From positions 1-37,014 of the forward strand of contig JBKBRF010000058.1 of the NCBI GenBank assembly GCA_046292385.1: a stretch of 37,014 nt of DNA, given 5' to 3'. Origin of the DNA: Armatimonadota bacterium (GTDB taxonomy: Bacteria; Armatimonadota; SYMT01). The position numbers and the translations under genes were made by a program. The stretch's first letter is position 1; the number at the start of each line of letters is the position of its first letter. The notes beneath the pieces were generated by a model. It did no database searches, was not told the DNA's origin, and saw only the letters and a list, made by a program, of their open reading frames with translations. Below are positions 16,195 through 24,409 of this stretch, piece after piece.

Positions 16195-18036
16195 ATGAAC
16201 CGTTCACCCCTGTACGGCGCCCTGCGCCCGGCGGCTGCCCTCACCGTCGCCCTCTGTCTCGCCGGTGCCGCGTTTGCCGCGGACGATTTCCGCACCGTCG
16301 CCACCGCGGTCACGGCCCAGATCCAGGAGCCGGCGGCCTCTACGGCGACTCCCGGCGGGGCCGGCTACCTGGGCGTGCACGCTGTCCTCAACCCCAAGGG
16401 CCACCTGGTCCTGGACGAGGTCGAGGCCGACTCGCCGGCCGCGCGGGCCGGGCTGCAGCCGGGCGACCATCTCCTCAAGCTGAACGGGCAGACGGTCAAG
16501 GAGCCGGAGGCGCTGCGCTCGCGGCTCCAGTCGCAGGCGGCCGGCGCGCCGGTGAAGCTGCAGTACCAGCGGGGTCGGAAGCGCCGGGAGGTGGAGGTTT
16601 CCCTGGCGGCGACGAGCCGCCCACTGCGCCTGGCGGAGCGGCGCGCGCAGATCGGGCTGGGGATCGGCGATCCGGAAGAGGGCGGCGGCGCGCCGGTGCG
16701 CTCCGTGACGCGCAACTCCCCGGCGGAGAAGGCGGGCATCCGCGAGGGCGAGATCCTCCTCAAGATCGACGGCGTCCCGCTCACCACCGCCGCGCGCCTG
16801 GGCGACAGCGTGGCGCAGAAGGAGCCGGGAGACACGCTGACCCTCACCCTCCGGCGCGACGGCCAGGAGACCGACGTGAAGGTCGAGCTGGCCGAGGCGC
16901 CGGGACCCCGCACGGGAGCGAGCCCGGGCGGCGAGCGCGGCGTCTTCAAGAAGGACGTCTACCGGCTGGCCGTGATCTGCATCGAGTACCCGGACGTCCA
17001 GCACAATCCGCAGGTCCCCGCCGCCGAATGGGAAGAGGCGCTCTTCAGCGCCGGCACCTACCGCGGCAAGAACAGCGCCACCGGGCAGCCGGTCTACGGC
17101 AGCATGCGGGACTACTTCGCGGAGCAGTCGAACGGCGGCCTGCGCGTGGAAGGGAAGATCTTCGACTGGCTCACCGTCTCCAAGAAGCGCGGCGACTACA
17201 CCGAAGGGACCGGCACCGGCGGTCGCAACCGCACGGCGCTGCTCTCGGAGGCGATCGACCTGCTGCTGGCGCGCGACGGTGAGCAGGCGCTGCAGGGCTT
17301 CGACGGCCTCTTCTTCCTCTACGCGGGCGGGCGCGTGCAGACTAGCCGCGGCGGCCTCTACTGGCCGCACCGCTCCACCCTGAGCCACCGCGGAGAGCGC
17401 TGGTCGTACTTCATCGTGCCCGAGGGCGGCGAGCGGATCTCGAACATCAGCGTCATCTGCCACGAGTTCGGGCACATGCTCGGCCTGCCGGACCTCTACG
17501 CGCGCCCCGAGAACCCCGGCTCCGAGGGCCTGGGGAACTGGTGCGTGATGTCGAACCAGGTGAACAACGGCCGTCCGCAGCACATGGGCGCCTGGTGCAA
17601 GGAGCGGCTCGGCTGGCTCACCCCGACGGTGATCGACCCGACCGTGAAGCAGAAGCTGGTCCTCTCCCCGATCAACGGCTCCAGGACCGAGTGCTTCAAG
17701 GTGCTGGTGCGGCCGGACGGCAGCGAGTACCTGCTGCTGGAGAACCGCCGCCGCACCGGCTTCGACACGAGCCTGCCGGAGCAGGGGCTGCTGATCTGGC
17801 GGGTCGTCGGCAATCGCCCGATCCTGGAGGAGTCGCACGGCGTGGAGGGGCCGGCCGGCCCGGGCGTCTTCCTCACCTCGGTGCCGTACCCCAGCGGCGC
17901 GAACAACGCCTTTACGCCGTACACCGTCCCCTCCAGCCGCTCCCAGCTCGGCGGCGGGCTGCCGGTCTACATCACGAACATCCGCAGCCTGCCGGACGGG
18001 CGAGTGAGCTTCTACGTCGGCTACGAGTTCCAGTAA
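16195..18036 (+). CDS. Secreted M6-family (immune inhibitor A-like) zinc metalloprotease with two N-terminal PDZ domains
   Basis: Signal peptide; GYLGV...DSPAARAGLQPGD and NSPAEKAGIREGE (PDZ); GSMRDYFAEQS, CHEFGHMLGLPDLY, WCKERLGW, EYLLLENR. Confidence 0.88.
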   Translation: MNRSPLYGALRPAAALTVALCLAGAAFAADDFRTVATAVTAQIQEPAASTATPGGAGYLGVHAVLNPKGHLVLDEVEADSPAARAGLQPGDHLLKLNGQTVKEPEALRSRLQSQAAGAPVKLQYQRGRKRREVEVSLAATSRPLRLAERRAQIGLGIGDPEEGGGAPVRSVTRNSPAEKAGIREGEILLKIDGVPLTTAARLGDSVAQKEPGDTLTLTLRRDGQETDVKVELAEAPGPRTGASPGGERGVFKKDVYRLAVICIEYPDVQHNPQVPAAEWEEALFSAGTYRGKNSATGQPVYGSMRDYFAEQSNGGLRVEGKIFDWLTVSKKRGDYTEGTGTGGRNRTALLSEAIDLLLARDGEQALQGFDGLFFLYAGGRVQTSRGGLYWPHRSTLSHRGERWSYFIVPEGGERISNISVICHEFGHMLGLPDLYARPENPGSEGLGNWCVMSNQVNNGRPQHMGAWCKERLGWLTPTVIDPTVKQKLVLSPINGSRTECFKVLVRPDGSEYLLLENRRRTGFDTSLPEQGLLIWRVVGNRPILEESHGVEGPAGPGVFLTSVPYPSGANNAFTPYTVPSSRSQLGGGLPVYITNIRSLPDGRVSFYVGYEFQ

Positions 18037-18056
18037 GCGGCCGACTCACGCCGCCC

Positions 18057-19076
18057 TCACTGGACGGTCACGCGGACCGGCACGCTCACAACCGGCGCCA
18101 CGGGCGAGTCGGTGTGGAAGCGCAGGGTAGTGCTCAGCAGGCCCGGCTGGAGCCGTTCCGCCGCGGTGAGCGTCACGTCGTAGAACTGGCCGGGCGTGCT
18201 GGGCTCCACGGAGGCGCGGAGCAGACGGGAGCCGGTCTCGATCCGCTTCAATTGGAGCTGGCCGGTCCGGGTGAAAAGCTGGATCCGGCCCAGCTCCTGC
18301 CCGGAACCGGTGGGCTGAAGCGAGGGGACCGACAGCTCCCGCGGGCTGACGACGGGGCCGCGCTGCGCCAGCCCGACTACCGCCAGCCAGCACTGCGGGA
18401 GGCGCGCCTCCGTGGTGTCCATGCGCACGGTGGCGTTGAAGTCTCCCGGCGCGGGGCCCGGCCCGATCGTGAGGCGAAGCCGGTAGGCCCGCGCGGTGTC
18501 TCCCGGCTCCGGCGGAAGCAGCGCCGCCCGGACCAGCGGCGAGTCGCACTGCGGGCTGCTGATCCCAACCGGGCTGCCTTTCCGCGGGACCAGCCGTACT
18601 TCTCGCTGGTAGCTCCGGCCCGGCTCGTACGGGACGATCAGCGGGCCGCCCGGCTCCATGGCGATGAACGGCACGACGGTCGCCGCCACTGCCAGCTTGA
18701 GCTCCGGCTGGGTGGGATCGTTGGTGCGGACCAGGAGCTGTTTCTCCACCAGCCCGTCCCAATGAGCTTCCGGCTCGAAGCGCCCCCGGATCTCCGCACT
18801 CCCGCCTGGTGCCACGAGCCGCGGAAACTCCGAGGTCACGCAGCCGCAGTCCCCCTCCACCGAGCGGATCTCCAGGTCCTGGCTGCCGTCGTTGCGAAGA
18901 GGAAAGCCGAGGGCGACCGACTCCCCCGCCGGGACCCGACCCAGGTCCCGGCGGGTCGCGGCAAACACGGCGCGCGGACCGGAGACGCTCCTGGGCCGGG
19001 GCGCCAGGAGTACCCGGGCGCCCGCGTAAACCACGAGCGCGAGCGCCGCGATCCCCACTGCGTGCCGTATCTGCAT
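18057..19076 (-). CDS. DUF1573 / Ig-like domain protein with an N-terminal signal or anchor
   Basis: DLGRV...FPLRNDGSQDLEIRSVEGDCGCVT...VRTNDP; further TD-x-P beta-sandwich repeats; starts 18 bp after the stop of the SBBP gene. Confidence 0.75.
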   Translation of the reverse strand: MQIRHAVGIAALALVVYAGARVLLAPRPRSVSGPRAVFAATRRDLGRVPAGESVALGFPLRNDGSQDLEIRSVEGDCGCVTSEFPRLVAPGGSAEIRGRFEPEAHWDGLVEKQLLVRTNDPTQPELKLAVAATVVPFIAMEPGGPLIVPYEPGRSYQREVRLVPRKGSPVGISSPQCDSPLVRAALLPPEPGDTARAYRLRLTIGPGPAPGDFNATVRMDTTEARLPQCWLAVVGLAQRGPVVSPRELSVPSLQPTGSGQELGRIQLFTRTGQLQLKRIETGSRLLRASVEPSTPGQFYDVTLTAAERLQPGLLSTTLRFHTDSPVAPVVSVPVRVTVQ

Positions 19077-19094
19077 CTTGGCTCCGGCAGTCGC

Positions 19095-22000
19095 CTACCG
19101 CACGGTAACGGTGTATGACGCCGACGCCGTGTTGCCCGAGGCATCGGTCGCCGTGCAGGTGATAGTCGTCACTCCCGCCGCGAACGGGTCCCCCAGCGGC
19201 TTACCGTCGCTGCGAACGCAGGAAACCGTTACGCCGGGGCAGTTGTCCTTCACCCGCGGCCTGGGAAGCCGGACGACCACGGTGACCTGGACCGGCTTCC
19301 GGCGCACGACGAGGCTCCCCGGGGCGGTGAGCGTGGGCTTCTGCGTGTCCTGCACGGTGACCGTGAAGGAGGCGGTGGCGGTGTTGCCGGCGCGGTCCGT
19401 GCAGGTGCAGGTGACGGTAGTCACTCCCACCGGGAACGGCGCCGAGAGCGAGCGCCGATCGCTGCGGGTGCAGCTCTCCTTCACACCCGGGCAGTTGTCG
19501 GTGGCGCGCGGATGGGGGAGCTTCACCTTCGCGGAGCAGAGTCCCTTATCGGCGGGGCGGACGAGGTCCCCCGGCACGGTACAGGTCGGCTTTTGCGTGT
19601 CCGTGATGGTGACCGTAAACGTCACCGTGGCGGTGTTTCCGGAAGCGTCGGTGCAGGTGCAGGTGATCGTCGTCTTCCCCACCGGATACGGGGCGGTGAG
19701 CGGCTCACGGTCGCTCCGCACGCACTCCTCTTTGACGCCGGGACAGTTGTCCGCCGCCTGCGGGTGCCGGATCTCCACCCGGGCCGTGCAGGCGTTGGGA
19801 TCGGCCGGCCGGGTAATGTTCTCCGGTACGCCGCACGTCGGCTTCTGGGTGTCCCTCACTCTCACCCGGTAGCTCGCGCTGGTGGTGTTGCCGGAGGCAT
19901 CGACCGCCGTGCAGGTGATCGTGGTGACGCCCACGGGGTAGGGATCGGTCAGCGGCTTCCCGTCGCTCCGCACGCACGTCACCGTTACGCCGGGACAGTT
20001 GTCCTTCGCGGTCGGCGTGCCGACCTCCACCTCGGCCGTGCAGCGGTCCCGATCGGTGGGACGGGTGATGTCCCGCGGGACGGTGAGCATGGGAGGCACC
20101 GTCTCCGTCACCGTGACGGTGAAGCTCCCGGTGGCCGTGTTGCCGGAGGCGTCGGTGGCGGTGCAGGTGACCGTCGTCACCCCCGCGGGGTAGGGATCGG
20201 TCAGCGGCTTGCCGTCGCTGCGAACGCAGGCGACGGAAACTCCGGGACAGTTGTCGGTCGCCCGCGCGGGCGCCACTTCCACCCGGGCGGAGCAGGCCTT
20301 CGGCTTTGCGCGCTTCGTCACGTTCGCCGGCACCGTCAGCACCGGCTTCTCGGTATCGAGGACCGTAATCGTCTGCCGGCAGGTAACGGTCTCGCCTTGC
20401 CGGCTGGTCGCAGTCCAGGTGACCACCGTGGTCCCGACCGGATAGGGGTCGGTCAGCGGCTTGCCGTCGCTCCGGGTACCCTGCACGACTCCGTTGGAGC
20501 GCGGTGTGGTGACGGTGAGGGCGGCGGAGCAGAGGTGCGGGTCGTTCTCCGCGGTCACGCTCGGCGGGCAGTCCAGGAAGAGCGGCTCGGTGAGGCAGAG
20601 GCGGGAAACGAACCCGCTGAGGCCGAGATTCGAAGTCTGAAACGGCGGGTTGCCGGCCACCGGGAAGTCCGCGGAGGCGGTGCTGCCCGCGATCTGGACG
20701 CAGCGGCTCCCGCTCACTGCGATGGAGTGGCCGATGTCGTAATCGCTGCCGCCGAGGAACGTGGAGAAGCTCAACGCGCCTCCACTCGCCGGGATCTCCG
20801 CGACGAAGCCATCGTAACCAGCACCGGCGTGGCTCCCCTGCAGCGGATCGACCACGGGGAAGCCGGAAGAGCTGGTCCCGCCGGTCACGTAGACGCGTCC
20901 ATCGCCGTCGACCGCGATCCCGTTACCGAAGTCGGTATTGTCTCCCCCCAGGTAGGTGGAGTAGACGAGCGCGCTGCCGGTGGAGTCCAGCTTCGTTGCG
21001 AAGGCATCGATACCGCCCCCATACCCGGACTGCGCCGCATTGGCAACCGGAAAGTTGTCGGACCAAGTCTCGCCGGTCACGCAGGCGTTCCCGTCTCCAT
21101 CTACGGCCAGCCCTCGCGCGCGGTCCTCGAAATCGCCGCCCAGGAAGGTGGAGTAGACCAGCGCGCTCCCGGCGGCGTCGAGCTGGGCCACGAACGCATC
21201 GGCGAAGAACGGCTCCGGCTTCGTGGCCTGGAAGGCGGCGGAAGACACCGGGAAATCGTCCGATTCGGTGGCGCCGGCCACGTAGACCGTGCCCGTCCCG
21301 GGTCGCACGGCAATGCCCACGCCGTAGTCGATCCAACTGCCGCCGAGGTAGGTCGAAAAGACCAGGGAGCTCGCACCCGACTGCTGCGTGTCCAGCTTCG
21401 CCACGTAGCCATCCTGCTCGCCGGCCAGCGACGCCTGGAACGGATTGGCTCCCGTGGGGAAGTCGGCGGAAGTCGTGGCCCCGGTGACGTAGGCATGGCC
21501 GCTGTCGTCGACGGCGATCGCCGCTCCATAGTCGTCCGCAGGCGCCGCGGGGGAGACCGGCGTCGACCCGCCCAGGTAGGTGGAGTAGAGCAGGGCGTTT
21601 CCGCTGGGGGCGAGGCGGGTGACGAACGCCTCGCCGCCGGCCCCCGCGGTCGGCTTCAGCGCGTTCCCGGTGACCGGAAAGTTGGCGGAGCGGGTGTTGC
21701 CGACGACGTAGGCGCTGCCGCTACTGTCGACGGCGATCCCCACTGCCTGGTCGAGACCGCCGCCCCCCAGGTAGGTGGAGTAGACGAGGGCGCTGCCCGC
21801 GGGGTTCAGCTTGGTCACGAACGCCTCGCCGGCTCCACCCGCGGTCCCGGAAAGGGCGCCCGCGAGGGGAAAGTCGGAAGAGAAGGTTATGCCGGTCACG
21901 TAGCTGTTCCCCGCGGCATCGACCGCGATCCCGCCGGCGTGGTCGTCACTACTGCCGTCGAGATAGGTGGAGAGCTCCAGCACGGGATCGATCACCAGCG

Positions 22001-22832
22001 GCCGGGCGCGGTCGTACTCCGCCACCCGGAAAGCGACCTGTACCCCCTCCGGCCGCGCCCCCGGCCGGGCGGTATCCCGTGGATCCAGCGCGTAGCTGCC
22101 GTCCACCGGGACCCGGCGGCCGTCGACCTCCTGGTAGATGAGCGGCCGGCGCTGGCGCACTTCGCCGTCCCGCAGGCGGAGCACCAGCTCCCCCGCGGCG
22201 TCGATCCGCACCGCCTCGGCCCCCGCGTAGGCCAGCCGAATGCGATCCGGATCGGCGCCCGGGTGGACCACGAAGTCGTGCTCGAGCTCCCGCCCGTTTC
22301 CGTAATGGAGCAGGTCGATTCCCGGATAGACCTGGCGCAGCAGCACCCGGGCGAAGTGCGGCACGTCCCGCCGCCACCGGCCCGGATCACTCCCGAGCAG
22401 GTAGTTCGACCTCCCGGGGAGCGGCTCCAGCCCCCTCGCGACCGGCCGCGGGTTGGCGCCGAGCAGCCGCATCCGCAGTACCTCCGGGCCCGCCGCGGCC
22501 TCCCCGCGGCCGGGGAGCGCCAGGACCGCCTCCGTGGGGGCCACGTAGAGCGCCGCCCCTCCCCGCCTGCTGACGAAGCGGTACGGAGCCCCCGGGGCCG
22601 CCGGCTCGAACGCCAGCGGCAGCCGCGCCAGCTGTGCCGCGGCAGTGGGTGCGGGGACCGGCAGCTCGCGCCCGCCGCGGCCCGCCGCCGCGAGGAGCAG
22701 CGCCCCGAGCCCCGCCGCCGTGAGCACCCCGAGCCGCAGGCGTCCCCGCGATCCGGACGGCGGCGGACCGGCCCCGGGGGCCGTGGAGAGAGGCGAGGCG
22801 GAAGGAAGGGACGCGGAAGCGGAGCCGAGCAT
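19095..22832 (-). CDS. Large surface protein: N-terminal LPLAFE...LVIDP domain, 7 SBBP beta-propeller repeats and 6 Cys-containing HYR-like domains
   Basis: Seven STYLGG..D...GIAVD..G..YV.G.T.S.DFP repeats; six ~84-aa repeats of type DTQKP...DNCPGV...P(Y/F)PVG.TT.TCT.TD.SGN. Confidence 0.88.
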   Translation of the reverse strand: MLGSASASLPSASPLSTAPGAGPPPSGSRGRLRLGVLTAAGLGALLLAAAGRGGRELPVPAPTAAAQLARLPLAFEPAAPGAPYRFVSRRGGAALYVAPTEAVLALPGRGEAAAGPEVLRMRLLGANPRPVARGLEPLPGRSNYLLGSDPGRWRRDVPHFARVLLRQVYPGIDLLHYGNGRELEHDFVVHPGADPDRIRLAYAGAEAVRIDAAGELVLRLRDGEVRQRRPLIYQEVDGRRVPVDGSYALDPRDTARPGARPEGVQVAFRVAEYDRARPLVIDPVLELSTYLDGSSDDHAGGIAVDAAGNSYVTGITFSSDFPLAGALSGTAGGAGEAFVTKLNPAGSALVYSTYLGGGGLDQAVGIAVDSSGSAYVVGNTRSANFPVTGNALKPTAGAGGEAFVTRLAPSGNALLYSTYLGGSTPVSPAAPADDYGAAIAVDDSGHAYVTGATTSADFPTGANPFQASLAGEQDGYVAKLDTQQSGASSLVFSTYLGGSWIDYGVGIAVRPGTGTVYVAGATESDDFPVSSAAFQATKPEPFFADAFVAQLDAAGSALVYSTFLGGDFEDRARGLAVDGDGNACVTGETWSDNFPVANAAQSGYGGGIDAFATKLDSTGSALVYSTYLGGDNTDFGNGIAVDGDGRVYVTGGTSSSGFPVVDPLQGSHAGAGYDGFVAEIPASGGALSFSTFLGGSDYDIGHSIAVSGSRCVQIAGSTASADFPVAGNPPFQTSNLGLSGFVSRLCLTEPLFLDCPPSVTAENDPHLCSAALTVTTPRSNGVVQGTRSDGKPLTDPYPVGTTVVTWTATSRQGETVTCRQTITVLDTEKPVLTVPANVTKRAKPKACSARVEVAPARATDNCPGVSVACVRSDGKPLTDPYPAGVTTVTCTATDASGNTATGSFTVTVTETVPPMLTVPRDITRPTDRDRCTAEVEVGTPTAKDNCPGVTVTCVRSDGKPLTDPYPVGVTTITCTAVDASGNTTSASYRVRVRDTQKPTCGVPENITRPADPNACTARVEIRHPQAADNCPGVKEECVRSDREPLTAPYPVGKTTITCTCTDASGNTATVTFTVTITDTQKPTCTVPGDLVRPADKGLCSAKVKLPHPRATDNCPGVKESCTRSDRRSLSAPFPVGVTTVTCTCTDRAGNTATASFTVTVQDTQKPTLTAPGSLVVRRKPVQVTVVVRLPRPRVKDNCPGVTVSCVRSDGKPLGDPFAAGVTTITCTATDASGNTASASYTVTVR

Positions 22833-22947
22833 AGCAAATCATCCTCAGAAGCGAAGGTAGCCCGCCGCTTCCGGGAGAGGATCCGCGGGAGGTACTACGG
22901 CCGCGAAGCTGGAAGGGGAGGAGCGCTATCCTGGTTACCTAACAGGC

Positions 22948-22977
22948 AAGATATAGCGCGACAGCGAAACAGGTCAA
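22948..22977 (-). promoter_or_regulatory. Putative sigma70 promoter of the SBBP-HYR/DUF1573 operon
   Basis: Minus-strand TTGACC-N18-TATCTT (or N16-TATATC). Confidence 0.55.
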
Positions 22978-23009
22978 CCCTCTAACAGAGAATTGTCGAG
23001 CGGGGTTTC

Positions 23010-24129
23010 AGCGCAATGCCGCCCAGCCCGTAAGGGAGGGTGCGACGCGGCCGGAGAAGTGCAGGTCACCCGCACCAACGAGTTTCAATCCTCACCCGCC
23101 GGTGAGGGCGGGTGCGACATCCGAGAGGAGCGGGCTCGCCGTGAGCGAGAAGCGTTTCAATCCTCACCCGCCGGTGAGGGCGGGTGCGACTTGCGGGCGA
23201 GCAGCCCCCACTTCTCGGCCGCGTTGTTTCAATCCTCACCCGCCGGTGAGGGCGGGTGCGACCCACGACCTGGAGACCCGGTGCGATCCCTCCGGGGTTT
23301 CAATCCTCACCCGCCGGTGAGGGCGGGTGCGACTCGTGCAGATGGCCGAGTACAAGGATCCGCTGGCGTTTCAATCCTCACCCGCCGGTGAGGGCGGGTG
23401 CGACGCCCGGTGCCGGAGGCGCAGTTCCAGGTAAAGGGGGCGGTTTCAATCCTCACCCGCCGGTGAGGGCGGGTGCGACGAGAGCGTCGGCGCTGCCGTG
23501 TCCGCACCGTGGCGGATCGGTTTCAATCCTCACCCGCCGGTGAGGGCGGGTGCGACGCGAAGCGGCGCACACAGACGAGGATCTGGAGCGGTTTCAATCC
23601 TCACCCGCCGGTGAGGGCGGGTGCGACTGGAGGAGTTGGCGCGGCGGGGCTAATCGGGCGGGTTTCAATCCTCACCCGCCGGTGAGGGCGGGTGCGACGC
23701 GCCGGCTGCGGGGAGCCGCTGGAGCGCGAGCCGTTTCAATCCTCACCCGCCGGTGAGGGCGGGTGCGACCGCTGATCTGATTGATGATCCCGGCGAGCTG
23801 GTTGTTTCAATCCTCACCCGCCGGTGAGGGCGGGTGCGACGCGTGCTGTGGGTGCCGGCCGCGGAGGTGACGGCGTTTCAATCCTCACCCGCCGGTGAGG
23901 GCGGGTGCGACATCCAGTCCAAGGCGATTGCTGCCGGCACGGTGCGGTTCCAATCCTCACCCGCCGGTGAGGGCGGGTGCGACCTCCACGTCGCCGGCCC
24001 GTCTGTCCGCCGATCGACGTGTTTCAATCCTCACCCGCCGGTGAGGGCGGGTGCGACGCGGGCAGCAACGACTGCGCGATGCTCTTCGTGCAGTTTCAAT
24101 CCTCACCCGCCGGTGAGGGCGGGTGCGAC
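23010..24129 (-). CRISPR. Orphan CRISPR array: 15 full 37-bp repeats plus 1 degenerate trailer repeat, 15 spacers of 34-40 bp
   Basis: Minus-strand repeat GTCGCACCCGCCCTCACCGGCGGGTGAGGATTGAAAC. Plus-strand starts: 23082, 23154, 23226, 23297, 23368, 23443, 23520, 23591, 23662, 23733, 23804, 23875, 23947 (1 SNP), 24021, 24093; degenerate copy at 23010-23046. Orientation inferred from the ATTGAAAC 3' end and the degenerate trailer. Confidence 0.98.
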
Positions 24130-24330
24130 GGTCTGCCCAGCCACGGCTTCGGGACCGGGAGGGCGGACCGCTCCCCGGGTCGCCCCCGGGGAAGTGGAGG
24201 CCTGCGCAGCGGGAGCGGCGCGGACCTCCTGCCTGTTGGTTCAGCGCTTCCGATCCGCGTTTCCTGCGCTGCGTCCCGAGTCCCACGGTTCACCGGGAAG
24301 CGTCCAGCAGTAGCAAGAGTGGGTGTAGTT
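24130..24330 (-). promoter_or_regulatory. Putative CRISPR leader
   Basis: Non-coding DNA next to the intact end of the array; contains minus-strand GCGCTGAACC...GGAGGTCCGCGC, reminiscent of type I-C-style leader motifs. Boundaries approximate. Confidence 0.55.
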
Positions 24331-24409
24331 ACGCGAGGCGCCGAGGACTCCCCGCGATCCGTGTCGTAATGGGCGGCAGGGTTCGGCGACTTTCGACGCG
24401 AGGTGACAC

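Noticed and set aside
19512..22985. 1157-aa + strand ORF and other long antisense ORFs (8475-10964, 28991-31162, 1984-3684, 16204-17838, 169-1443)
   Set aside because: Shadow frames opposite well-supported genes; expected in high-GC DNA and lacking recognisable motifs.
23063..23075. 13-bp match of the trailer spacer (AGGTCACCCGCAC) to 36945-36957 as self-targeting
   Set aside because: Too short, flanks do not match, and plausible by chance. No full self-match was noticed by eye, though the search was not exhaustive.
22993..24369. Short ORFs with repeated FQSSPAGEGGCD / FNPHPPVRAGAT peptides
   Set aside because: Translations of the CRISPR repeats, not proteins.
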